Below are positions 50,003-58,662 of a stretch of DNA of 64,000 nucleotides, piece after piece; the first letter of the stretch is position 1; each line of letters begins with the position of its first letter. This DNA is from Collinsella sp. (GTDB lineage: Bacteria; Actinomycetota; Coriobacteriia; Coriobacteriales; Coriobacteriaceae), in contig DXZW01000018.1 in the NCBI GenBank assembly GCA_019419455.1, forward strand, positions 17,676-81,675. The letters run 5' to 3'. The notes below the pieces were generated by a model. The model worked only from the letters and a program-made list of their open reading frames with translations, did no database searches and had not been told where the DNA came from. Made by a program: the position numbers and the translations under genes.

Positions 50003-50320
50003 ATGGATTGCCTGAAGGTATCAAGCAAATCATCGCCAGCGTCCGTTGCTGGCGCCATCGCCGGCATGGTCAAGGATGGTGTACCCGTCAACATCCAGTG
50101 TGTCGGCGCCGGTGCCGTCAACCAGGCCATTAAGGCCGTTGCTATCGCGCGCGGTTTTTTGATTCCAACCGGTTTTGATATTTCCTGCGCGCCCGTGTTC
50201 TCCGACATCCTCATTAACGGGGAGTCGCGCACGGCCATCCGCCTTTCTATCTACGTTCACCAGATCAATCGAGCTGCTATGGATAACGTCGTCATGGATG
50301 ATGTTAAGCCTGTGGCATAG
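50003..50320 (+). CDS. spoVS: SpoVS-family protein
   Basis: LKVSSKSSPASVAGAIAG..IQCVGAGAVNQAIKAVAIARGF is nearly collinear with B. subtilis SpoVS, with a ~20-aa extra C-terminus. I chose the ATG at 50003. Confidence 0.8.
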   Translation: MDCLKVSSKSSPASVAGAIAGMVKDGVPVNIQCVGAGAVNQAIKAVAIARGFLIPTGFDISCAPVFSDILINGESRTAIRLSIYVHQINRAAMDNVVMDDVKPVA

Positions 50321-50365
50321 CTTCTGCTTGCCTTGTTTCTCTCCCCATCGTTAGGACTTATGCAC

Positions 50366-51736
50366 ATGGACCAGCGTTCCGTACGCGATATTCTTGCCGG
50401 TAAAACCTACTTTATCCGCACCTTTGGCTGCCAGATGAATCAGCACGACTCCGAGCGCGTGAGTGGTCTGCTCGATTCGTATGGTTGCCTCATGGCGCTC
50501 GATCCCGCGCATGCCGATATCGTTGTCTTCATGACTTGCTGCGTGCGCGAGGCCGCCGATACTCGCCTGTACGGTCAGTGCAATTCCTGCAAAAGCCTGC
50601 CGCCTTCGCCTTCGGGCAAGCGCGTGGTTGCCGTTGGCGGTTGCATCGCGCAGCGCGATGGCGAGGGCCTGCTCACCAACGTCGATAACGTCAATGTCAT
50701 CTTTGGCACGCATTCCATTGCACATGTGGCCGAGCTCATTGCCGAGGCGTTCCTTGATGGTAAGCGTCATATCCGCACCAATGAGCATGAGGATACGGAC
50801 GCCATGAGCATGCCGTGGCATCGCGAGACCCAGTATCACGCCTGGGTGCCCATCATGACAGGCTGCAATAATTTCTGCACCTATTGCATCGTGCCGTACG
50901 TACGCGGTCGCGAAAAGAGCCGCCCCTTCGAGGAGATTGTCGACGAGGTGACCGGTCTGGTGCGCCAGGGCGTGCGTGAGATTACGCTGCTGGGCCAAAA
51001 CGTTAACTCATATGGTCGCGATCTGTTTGGCAAGCCGCGTTTTGCCGATTTGCTGCGTGCCGTGGGCGATACGGGTGTGGAGCGTATCTTCTTTACGTCT
51101 TCGCATCCTAAGGACCTGCTGCCCGAGACCATCGACGCCATGGCCGAGACACCTGCCGTAATGCCGCAACTGCACCTGGCCGTCCAGTCAGGTTCGACGC
51201 GGATTCTCAAAGAGATGAATCGCCGTTATACACGCGAGGACTATCTGGGCCTGGTCGATCGCATTCGCAGCCGCATGCCCGATATCGCGCTCTCGACCGA
51301 CATTATCGTTGGCTTCCCGGGCGAGACTGAAGAAGACTTTGAGCAGACGCTCTCGCTTGCTGAGACGGTCCGCTATGCTCAGGCCTATACCTTCATCTAT
51401 TCCAAGCGTGCCGGTACCCCGGCCGCCGAGATTGACGATCCTACGCCGCATGAGGTTATTCTCGAGCGTTTCAACCGCCTGGCTAAGGTTATCGAGACCA
51501 CGGCACACGAGTATAACCAGGGCGAGCTTCATACTGTGGTTCCCGCGCTCATTGAGGGAACGAGTAAAAAGAACGATGCGGTCCTGCTGGGCAAGAGTCT
51601 CAAGAATCAGACCGTGCATGCGCCTATCCCCGAGGGTTACAGCATCGATCAGCTTGTTGGCAAGATTGTTGATGTTGACGTTGACGTTGCCAAGACCTGG
51701 TATTTATCCGGTTCCGTTGTGGGCGAGCCGCGCTAA
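50366..51736 (+). CDS. miaB: tRNA-2-methylthio-N6-dimethylallyladenosine synthase MiaB
   Basis: TFGCQMNQHDSE N-terminus, radical SAM motif CNNFCTYC and a TRAM domain. The start could be 50360 or 50366. Confidence 0.9.
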   Translation: MDQRSVRDILAGKTYFIRTFGCQMNQHDSERVSGLLDSYGCLMALDPAHADIVVFMTCCVREAADTRLYGQCNSCKSLPPSPSGKRVVAVGGCIAQRDGEGLLTNVDNVNVIFGTHSIAHVAELIAEAFLDGKRHIRTNEHEDTDAMSMPWHRETQYHAWVPIMTGCNNFCTYCIVPYVRGREKSRPFEEIVDEVTGLVRQGVREITLLGQNVNSYGRDLFGKPRFADLLRAVGDTGVERIFFTSSHPKDLLPETIDAMAETPAVMPQLHLAVQSGSTRILKEMNRRYTREDYLGLVDRIRSRMPDIALSTDIIVGFPGETEEDFEQTLSLAETVRYAQAYTFIYSKRAGTPAAEIDDPTPHEVILERFNRLAKVIETTAHEYNQGELHTVVPALIEGTSKKNDAVLLGKSLKNQTVHAPIPEGYSIDQLVGKIVDVDVDVAKTWYLSGSVVGEPR

Positions 51737-52674
51737 TGGTTTCTTCCGGGGCAGGTCTTTCCGCCGTTGCGATCGTCGGTCCGACGGCGGTTGGTAAGAG
51801 TGATGTTGCCGACCGTTTGGCAGCTCGTCTTTCGTCCGAAGTGCTGTCGTGCGATGCGATGCAAATCTATCGCGGCATGGACATCGGTACCGCAAAGATG
51901 GCGCCCGATGAGTGCACGGCGCCGCTGCGTCTCGTCGACATTGTAGAGCCGGGTGTGGCATATTCTGCTGCGCTTTATCAGGCTGACGCTCGCGCGCATG
52001 TTGAACGTCTCCTTGGTTCGGGTTGCCTGCCGGTTTTTTGCGGAGGTACGGGGCTATATCTCAAGGCAGCCCTCGATGAGATGGACTTTCCCTCGGGTGA
52101 ACTTGAGGACGATCGCCGTGCGGGCTATCAGGAGCTTGCCGAGCGTATTGGCGAGGAAGAACTGCATGCCCTGCTTGCCGAGCGCGATCCAGAATCGGCT
52201 GCTGTTATTCATCCCCATAACGTGCGCCGTGTGATTCGTGCGCTCGAGATGCATGATGATGGTATCTCCTATGCACAGCAAAAAAGTCAGTTTAGTGTTC
52301 CGCGCGAGCATTATCATGCCCTATGGTTTGGTCTGACGCGTAATCGCGAGGTGCTCTACGAGCGCATTAATCTGCGCGTCGATCTGATGTTTGAGCAGGG
52401 TCTTGTCGATGAGGTCCGCGGTCTTATGGCCCAGGGTCTGGGAGATGCCCTGACGTCGATGCAGGCAATTGGCTATAAAGAGATCATTGATGCTTTCAAT
52501 GGCGTGATGAGCATGGATGAGGCCCGCGAACTCATTAAGATGCGTTCGCGTCGTTATGCCAAGCGTCAGCTTTCGTGGTTTAAGCGCGATGACCGTATCG
52601 TGTGGTTTGATATGGATGAATGTACGATCGATGAGGTCGTTGAGGATATCCTGCATCGTATTGAGGCTGCCTAA
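51736..52674 (+). CDS. miaA: tRNA dimethylallyltransferase MiaA
   Basis: P-loop GPTAVGKS. The TAATG start overlaps the miaB stop. Confidence 0.9.
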   Translation: MVSSGAGLSAVAIVGPTAVGKSDVADRLAARLSSEVLSCDAMQIYRGMDIGTAKMAPDECTAPLRLVDIVEPGVAYSAALYQADARAHVERLLGSGCLPVFCGGTGLYLKAALDEMDFPSGELEDDRRAGYQELAERIGEEELHALLAERDPESAAVIHPHNVRRVIRALEMHDDGISYAQQKSQFSVPREHYHALWFGLTRNREVLYERINLRVDLMFEQGLVDEVRGLMAQGLGDALTSMQAIGYKEIIDAFNGVMSMDEARELIKMRSRRYAKRQLSWFKRDDRIVWFDMDECTIDEVVEDILHRIEAA

Positions 52675-53963
52675 TGGCCCGTTTCCCCCTTGTTCCCACG
52701 GCACCCGAGCCCGAGCGTGCCATTTTAGTTGGTGTTGAGTGGCGCGACAATGCATGGCCGCTCGATCGCTCGCTTGATGAGCTGGAGCGTCTTGCCCACA
52801 CAGCTGGTGCCCGGTGCGTGGCACGCTTGTCGCAGCGTTTGGTAAAGCCGTATCCTAAATCGTTTATCGGTTCCGGTAAGGTTGAAGAGCTGTGCGGCCT
52901 GGTGCATCGCATGGATGCCGATGTCGTTATTTTTGACGAAGACCTGACCCCCTCGCAGCAATCCTATTTGGAGAAAGCCGTGGGCGAGCCGGTAAAGATT
53001 ATCGATCGTACAGCACTGATCCTGGATATCTTTGGCCTGCATGCTCAGACGCGTGAGGGACGCCTGCAGGTACAGCTGGCACAGCTTCAATATTTGTTGC
53101 CTCGCCTGCGTGGCATGTGGAGCCATCTCGCCAAGGAGCAGACGCGCGGCGGCATCGGCTCACGTTTTGGTCAGGGCGAAAGTCAGCTCGAGGTCGACCG
53201 TCGCCTCATTCGTAATAAGATCGCTGCGCTTCGTCGTGAGCTCAAGCAGGTTGAACAGCGTCGCGATGTTCAATCCAAGAGTCGCATTGAGTCCCCGGCG
53301 TTTCGCGTCGCGTTAGCCGGTTATACCAATGCCGGTAAATCGACGTTACTCAATCGTCTGACCGGCTCTACGGTACTTTCGCAGGACAAGCTGTTTGCTA
53401 CGCTCGACCCGACGACGCGTTCGTATCGTCTGCCCGGCGGTCGCGGCATGACGATTACCGATACCGTCGGCTTTATTCAAAAGCTGCCCCATGGTCTGGT
53501 CGATGCCTTTAAATCGACGCTGTCCGAGGTTTTGGGTGCCGATCTAATTCTCAAAGTCGTAGATGCGTCTGACGAGGACTATGAGCGGCAGCTGGAGGCT
53601 GTCGACCGCGTGCTTGATGAGATCGGCGCCGGAGAGCGTTTAACGCTGACCGTATTCAATAAAATCGATCTTCTCGATAGCGTCGATCGATTGAGTTTCC
53701 GTCGTCGCTATCCGGAGGCCGTTCTGTTCTCGGCCCAAACGGGCGAGGGGCTCGACGATCTCGTCGACCGGATTGCTCGCGAGGCAGCTGCCACCGATGT
53801 GTTGCTCTCCGCTGATATCCCGTATCGTGAGGGCGCTCTCATCACGCTGGTGCATGAGCAGGGAACCCTTCTGCATGAGGAATATCTCGAGGACGGCGTT
53901 CGCATTGTGGCGAAACTGCCGGCTCGTATTGCACCGCGGCTCGAGCGTTATCGCACCGAGTAG
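52674..53963 (+). CDS. hflX: GTPase HflX
   Basis: HflX N-domain plus G motifs (GYTNAGKSTLLN, DTVGF, NKID). The TAATG start overlaps the miaA stop. There is no hfq between miaA and hflX. Confidence 0.9.
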   Translation: MARFPLVPTAPEPERAILVGVEWRDNAWPLDRSLDELERLAHTAGARCVARLSQRLVKPYPKSFIGSGKVEELCGLVHRMDADVVIFDEDLTPSQQSYLEKAVGEPVKIIDRTALILDIFGLHAQTREGRLQVQLAQLQYLLPRLRGMWSHLAKEQTRGGIGSRFGQGESQLEVDRRLIRNKIAALRRELKQVEQRRDVQSKSRIESPAFRVALAGYTNAGKSTLLNRLTGSTVLSQDKLFATLDPTTRSYRLPGGRGMTITDTVGFIQKLPHGLVDAFKSTLSEVLGADLILKVVDASDEDYERQLEAVDRVLDEIGAGERLTLTVFNKIDLLDSVDRLSFRRRYPEAVLFSAQTGEGLDDLVDRIAREAAATDVLLSADIPYREGALITLVHEQGTLLHEEYLEDGVRIVAKLPARIAPRLERYRTE

Positions 53964-54652
53964 ACGATCTCCAAAATGCCCAGAATGATGGGCTGATGCA
54001 GCAGATAAAAGGGGAGAGCGTGACGTCCAAGGCTGGCGAGCGCCGGCAGGGGGTTGGCGTAGGCCCAGCTAGGGACGGTCTTATCGATACTCTTCGCTAT
54101 GTGTGCGGCGAAGTATCCTGCAAGATACATAAAGATAAACGGGATGATGGGGTAGTAATCACCTGAGACAAACCCAGGGCTCGGAAATCCCAGCCACGCC
54201 AGGTAGGGGACAGGGTAGATCGTTTTGGGGATGCTCCAGGTGAGGGCGAACAACACAAGGCATAGGGGCATGCCCCATCTCGCCGTTATCTTCTTAAGGA
54301 CGGAATCGGTCAACGCCACGATGCCGGTGCATGCGGCCATGCAGTAGATGATGCCAAAATTAACCGAATCGTTGAATGAGACAAGTGTTGTTGCCAACCA
54401 GACGACGAGTGCTGCTAAGGCGTATTTGGCGGCACGTTTGATATTGTTGCGCGAAAGAGTGCACATCCAACCCGCGATAAACAAAAATACCCAGCTGATG
54501 CTGGCGCGCCAGACGTCTTGAAAGACAGTCTGGGTAAACCAAGGCATATCCCAGCCGTACAGGTAGGCGAGATCATAGCAAGCGTGAAAACCTGCCATAG
54601 AAATCATCGTAAACCCGCGGACGGTATCAAAGATGGTTATGCGTTTTTGCAT
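53948..54652 (-). CDS. DUF1624 / heparan-alpha-glucosaminide N-acetyltransferase-like membrane protein
   Basis: Polytopic, with the N-terminal motif F DT(V)RG..M..M..FH. Its ATG shares one base with the lexA stop (TAATG). Confidence 0.65.
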   Translation of the reverse strand: MQKRITIFDTVRGFTMISMAGFHACYDLAYLYGWDMPWFTQTVFQDVWRASISWVFLFIAGWMCTLSRNNIKRAAKYALAALVVWLATTLVSFNDSVNFGIIYCMAACTGIVALTDSVLKKITARWGMPLCLVLFALTWSIPKTIYPVPYLAWLGFPSPGFVSGDYYPIIPFIFMYLAGYFAAHIAKSIDKTVPSWAYANPLPALASLGRHALPFYLLHQPIILGILEIVYSVR

Positions 54653-55296
54653 TACGAGAACCGGCGCATCAAGCCGACGACTTTGCCCAGGATAACGGGA
54701 TTCGTTGCATAGATAGGTTCCATGGTGTCGTTCTCGGGCTGCAAGCGCACACGCCCCTGCTCCTTGTAGAACGTCTTGACGGTCGCCGAACCATCAATCA
54801 TGGCCACGACAATTTCGCCGTTCATGGCACTCTTTTGTTCACGGACGATGATGTAATCGCCATTGAAGATGCCGACATTGATCATTGAGCTCCCATGCAC
54901 CTCAAGGATAAAGGAACCCTGATCAGTGGCGATTTCGGTCGGGATAGTAAACGTGTCTTCGATATTCTGCTCGGCCAGAATGGGAATCCCAGCCGCGACG
55001 CGACCAACGAGCGGTAGCGAGACCGTTCCGCGAGGTGCGGTGGGCTCGTCAGATTTGGAAATTGAGACAGAGGAACCATCCTCGTTAAAGAGTTCCAGGG
55101 CGCGCGGCTTGGTGGCATCGCGCTTGAGTAGCCCGCGCGCCTCCAGGGCAGAGAGATGGGCGTGCACGGTGCTGGGGGAGGAAAGGCCCACGGCAGAAGC
55201 CATCTCGCGCACGCTGGGCGGATAACCCTTCTCCTGCTGATATTCCTTGATGAAGTCGTAAATTTGCTGCTGACGCTTGGTAATTTTGCGAGCCAT
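54652..55296 (-). CDS. lexA: SOS repressor LexA
   Basis: Winged-helix N-terminus (YPPSVREMA..GLSSPSTVHAHL), a VAAG cleavage region and an S24 peptidase C-terminus. I chose the ATG at 55296 after GAGAGGA. Confidence 0.9.
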   Translation of the reverse strand: MARKITKRQQQIYDFIKEYQQEKGYPPSVREMASAVGLSSPSTVHAHLSALEARGLLKRDATKPRALELFNEDGSSVSISKSDEPTAPRGTVSLPLVGRVAAGIPILAEQNIEDTFTIPTEIATDQGSFILEVHGSSMINVGIFNGDYIIVREQKSAMNGEIVVAMIDGSATVKTFYKEQGRVRLQPENDTMEPIYATNPVILGKVVGLMRRFS

Positions 55297-55320
55297 CAGG
55301 GCATCCTCTCTACCCATGTC

Positions 55321-55333
55321 AAACAAATGTTCG
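55321..55333. promoter_or_regulatory. Degenerate LexA box
   Basis: AAACAAATGTTCG has one mismatch in the left half-site. Confidence 0.4.
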
Positions 55334-55341
55334 AATTTTGC

Positions 55342-55370
55342 TTGACAGGAACAACTGTTCGAAGATAATA
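55342..55370 (+). promoter_or_regulatory. Promoter of the divergent LysM gene (TTGACA-N17-ATAATA)
   Basis: The hexamers are near consensus. One LexA box lies in the spacer and another just downstream of the -10. Confidence 0.55.
55349..55360. promoter_or_regulatory. LexA (SOS) box
   Basis: GAACAACTGTTC matches GAAC-N4-GTTC. Confidence 0.7.
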
Positions 55371-55375
55371 ATAAC

Positions 55376-55388
55376 CGAACATTCGTTC
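55376..55388. promoter_or_regulatory. LexA (SOS) box
   Basis: CGAACATTCGTTC matches GAAC-N4-GTTC. Confidence 0.7.
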
Positions 55389-55456
55389 TCGCGCTAGACA
55401 TTTTTGTCCGCGCGGCTTGATAAAACTGTTCTCAGCAAAACACGCGAGAGGAGAAC

Positions 55457-55909
55457 ATGATGAACGTAACGAATATGGTCCAGGGAAACCTCGCCCTTAA
55501 GCTCGAGACGCCTGCAGAACCCACTTTTACGGTTGTTCAGGGTGGCCGCTCCGGCTTTCAGCCTTTGACCGTAAAGCCTGCGCGCAATCAGCAGGCTGTA
55601 GTCGCGCCGGCCCGCGTTGCCCTGAAGGTTCCGACGATTGTCGCCGTCGCCGTTGCGCTTACGCTCTTCTTTGTCCTCGCTATGTTGGTCTTTAGCGCTC
55701 GTCACGCCGCGTATGCCGAGTCCGTTTCCAACATTACCTACGAGACCATTCGCGTTCAGCCTGGCGATTCTCTTTGGTCGCTTGCCGAAGAATATCCAAT
55801 CGAACGCCTTTCCACGCAAGAGACTTCCGACATGATCCGTAGCGTCAATCATCTGGAGCATGGTTCGCTCGCCGCCGGTGCGCATCTTAAGGTTCCTGCT
55901 CGTTCGTAA
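55457..55909 (+). CDS. TM + LysM protein, likely SOS-induced division inhibitor (YneA/ChiZ-like)
   Basis: It has one TM segment and a C-terminal LysM domain (IRVQPGDSLWSLAEEY...HLKVP). It is divergent from lexA, behind LexA boxes. Confidence 0.7.
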   Translation: MMNVTNMVQGNLALKLETPAEPTFTVVQGGRSGFQPLTVKPARNQQAVVAPARVALKVPTIVAVAVALTLFFVLAMLVFSARHAAYAESVSNITYETIRVQPGDSLWSLAEEYPIERLSTQETSDMIRSVNHLEHGSLAAGAHLKVPARS

Positions 55910-55960
55910 TCATTATCGCGCTGCGCATGGTACCCTTGTTATCGTTTAAGAGGAGGTACC

Positions 55961-56404
55961 ATGCGCTGTCCCAAATGCGGCAAGGCACATACCCGCGTTG
56001 TTGATTCCCGTATGCAGGAGTCAAATAACACCATTAAGCGCCGTCGCGAATGTTGCTCGTGTAACTATCGCTTTACAACGTTCGAGCGATGCGAAGACCC
56101 AATCGAGGTCATTAAGTCAGACGGAACCAAGCAGCGGTTCGATCGCAATAAGCTGCTCGTCGGCTTGATGCGCGCCACCATCAAGCGCGATATCGACACT
56201 AAGAAGCTCAATGAGATTATCGATGACATCGAGGTCGAGCTTCGCTCTCGCACGCTGACGGCCGTCACGTCCCATGAGTTGGGTGACATGGTGCTCAAGC
56301 GCTTGGCCAAGATCGATAAGGTGGCGTACATCCGCTTTGCCTCGGTCTACCGCGATTTCAAAGACGTCGATGAGTTTCTGCAAGAGCTCGACAAGCTAAG
56401 GTGA
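55961..56404 (+). CDS. nrdR: Transcriptional repressor NrdR
   Basis: MRCPKCG....VVDSR zinc ribbon plus an ATP-cone domain. Confidence 0.9.
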   Translation: MRCPKCGKAHTRVVDSRMQESNNTIKRRRECCSCNYRFTTFERCEDPIEVIKSDGTKQRFDRNKLLVGLMRATIKRDIDTKKLNEIIDDIEVELRSRTLTAVTSHELGDMVLKRLAKIDKVAYIRFASVYRDFKDVDEFLQELDKLR

Positions 56405-56408
56405 TTCC

Positions 56409-56852
56409 ATGCCCAACATTACCGTCAACATAAAGCGTCTCGATCCCACCGTTGAGCTTCCCAAATACGCCCATCCCACCGATGCCGGCTTGGATTTGCG
56501 CTCCAACGAGGACTGCGTCCTGAAGCCCTTCGAACGCCGCCTGGTCTCTACCGGGCTGGCCATCGCCCTGCCCGATGGCTACGCCGGCTTCGTCCAGCCC
56601 CGCAGCGGCTTGGCCATCAAGCAGGGCCTGTCTATAGTCAATACGCCGGGTCTCATTGACGCCCACTACCGAGGAGAGCTCAAGGTTATCCTCATCAACC
56701 TGGATCCCTCCAATATCATTCAAATCAATAAAGGCGACCGCATAGCCCAACTCGTCATCCAAGAAGTCCCCACGGTCAACCTCGTAGAAGTAGAAGAACT
56801 AGACGAAACCGACCGAGGCAAAGGAGGCTTCGGCTCCAGCGGCATCGCCTAG
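56409..56852 (+). CDS. dut: dUTP diphosphatase
   Basis: It has the trimeric dUTPase motifs (AGLDL, PRSGLA, IDA.YRGE, GGFGSSG). Confidence 0.9.
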   Translation: MPNITVNIKRLDPTVELPKYAHPTDAGLDLRSNEDCVLKPFERRLVSTGLAIALPDGYAGFVQPRSGLAIKQGLSIVNTPGLIDAHYRGELKVILINLDPSNIIQINKGDRIAQLVIQEVPTVNLVEVEELDETDRGKGGFGSSGIA

Positions 56853-56867
56853 GGCGCTCGTATCCCT

Positions 56868-56970
56868 CCCGCCCGGGGCTTACCTATATCATTCCATGCT
56901 CAAACATTCTCGCGTCGCTTCGCTCGCTGCGAAACTGCGCGTGGAACGATATAGGTAAGCCCCGGGCGGG
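56868..56970. repeat. Nested-palindrome element B1 (103 nt)
   Basis: A perfect 23-bp outer stem (56868-56890 / 56948-56970) encloses a 57-nt core. Confidence 0.9.
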
Positions 56971-57003
56971 CGGCTACTCGCTTGAAACAGTATTTACTTT
57001 TCT

Positions 57004-57052
57004 AGTAAGTCGATGCGATAAAGGGACGCCTCCTTTGTCGCATCGACTTACT
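57004..57052 (+). other. 21-bp hairpin with T-rich tail in the AT-rich centre between B1 and B2
   Basis: AGTAAGTCGATGCGATAAAGG-gacgcct-CCTTTGTCGCATCGACTTACT followed by GTATTTATATTTTT. Confidence 0.7.
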
Positions 57053-57128
57053 GTATTTATATTTTTCGGTTTCGCCTTTGCAGATTTTAATGGTGGGGAT
57101 CCGGTATAGCTGCTAGCACGTAAACGTA

Positions 57129-57232
57129 GCTGCTCGGCGGGAGCCGCCCATATATCGTTCCACGCGCAGTTTCGCAGCGCAGCGAGAATGTTTGAGCATG
57201 GAATGATATATGGGCGGCTCCCGCCGAGCAGC
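57129..57232. repeat. Nested-palindrome element B2 (104 nt), inverted relative to B1
   Basis: A perfect 28-bp outer stem (57129-57156 / 57205-57232) encloses a 48-nt core. The core equals the reverse complement of the B1 core over 23+23 nt, with a 9-nt apical indel. Confidence 0.9.
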
Positions 57233-57242
57233 AGACTATCGC

Positions 57243-58544
57243 CTAGCGGATATGCGCGGGTTTTCCGCCCCAGTAGAAGCGGCAGAAGGCTCTTTTGCGC
57301 TTTTGGGGTTTGCCTACGAGCTCCATGGTTGCGATGGCTATGTCTTCGGCTCCATGGGGGCGGCGTAGTACTTCGCCGTTGATGAGTAGGGCTTTGAGTG
57401 ATTCGGGATGGTCGTGCAAGTGACGTAGGGTAACGATGAGTTCTCGTGCGGTGGTGACATGCATGCTGGCGCCCATGCCGGTGAGCATCGTGGTGTTGGC
57501 CTTTTCCTGGCCGTATGATTTGCCCAACAGGATCATCGGCAGATGCGCGCACAGGCACTCGGTAACAGTGAGTCCGCCCGATTTGAGAATTGCCAGGTCG
57601 CAGCCGTGCATGAGGGCCGCCATGTCGTCCACGTAATCCAGAACTGTGACGTTTTCGAGCTTCATGGCGTCGAAGAGCGTCTTCAGCCGGGTGGCATATT
57701 CGGTGTCTTTGCCCGGCAAGAAGATAAAGTGCATGTCCTCGAAACTGCGCAGGAAGGGGAGGGTGCGGTCCATCTCCGCGCGAAAGCGGACGTACGGTTG
57801 AGGCAAACTGGCGCCGGCCATTACCAGCACAATGGTCTTGTCGGCGGGGAGGTTGAACTTCTGAAGTTCTTCCTCGCGATTGTAATCCGTGTCAAACCCG
57901 GCGCGAATAGGGATGCCTGTAATGCGAATCTTTGCTTCGGGGACCTTGCGGGGGCGCAGCGTTTCGGCCATAAACTCGTTGGCAACACAGAATAGATCGG
58001 TGTCCTTGTGGGGCCACCAGCCCTCGACTTCGTAGTCGGTCGGTACGCAGATGACCGGATAATCGATACCCGTAATTACGCGGGCACCCACGGCAACATT
58101 GGCTGCTGTGATGTGCGTTGCGACCACGGCTATGGGCCTGCGGCTACGAATATATTCGTTGAAGGCGGGGAACATGATTCGCGACCATGCCGTGCCGCCA
58201 CCCCAGAGAAGATGTCCCGTAAGTGTATATCTCCAGGTCAGGTCGTAGATGGGGCGCGTGGCTCCCGTAAAAGATGCCGCGGTCTTATTGCCGTCGAATT
58301 TAATGCGTCCAAAATCAAGGATATCGAGCACTTCAATCTCAATATCCTCGGGGATGCCTCTGGTGCCGCGAATGAGGTCGAACGCCTGCGCAATTGCATT
58401 TGCGGCGGCCTTGTGGCCCGAGCCAACGGAGGCGTGCACGATGGTCACGAGAGGTTTTTGCTGAGCCGAGAGCGTGGTTTTCTTCGATTGGGGAGTGCTG
58501 AGCGTAAGCAGGGGAGCGTCGTCGCTCGTCTGCGTCTGATCCAT
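57243..58544 (-). CDS. GT28-family glycosyltransferase (MGDG-synthase/UgtP-like diacylglycerol glycosyltransferase)
   Basis: The N-terminus ..IVHASVGSGHKAAANAI is typical of the MGDG_synth domain, followed by a GT-B C-terminal domain. I chose the ATG at 58544 after AAGGGGAG. Confidence 0.8.
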   Translation of the reverse strand: MDQTQTSDDAPLLTLSTPQSKKTTLSAQQKPLVTIVHASVGSGHKAAANAIAQAFDLIRGTRGIPEDIEIEVLDILDFGRIKFDGNKTAASFTGATRPIYDLTWRYTLTGHLLWGGGTAWSRIMFPAFNEYIRSRRPIAVVATHITAANVAVGARVITGIDYPVICVPTDYEVEGWWPHKDTDLFCVANEFMAETLRPRKVPEAKIRITGIPIRAGFDTDYNREEELQKFNLPADKTIVLVMAGASLPQPYVRFRAEMDRTLPFLRSFEDMHFIFLPGKDTEYATRLKTLFDAMKLENVTVLDYVDDMAALMHGCDLAILKSGGLTVTECLCAHLPMILLGKSYGQEKANTTMLTGMGASMHVTTARELIVTLRHLHDHPESLKALLINGEVLRRPHGAEDIAIATMELVGKPQKRKRAFCRFYWGGKPAHIR

Positions 58545-58662
58545 CGATAACTCCCCTTCAGCTTTGTAATACGGATTTATCATTGTAGTGCATGAGTGTC
58601 ACGTTTGCTTAAATTTGGGTATGAGCGCAAAGAACGTCAATGTTTCGACGAAAGGACGCTTC

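Noticed and set aside
56974-57558. 194-aa minus-strand ORF covering repeat B2, the B centre and the 3' end of the glycosyltransferase gene.
   Set aside because: It runs through palindromic repeats and overlaps the real glycosyltransferase frame. It has P/R/H-rich low-complexity sequence and no start context.
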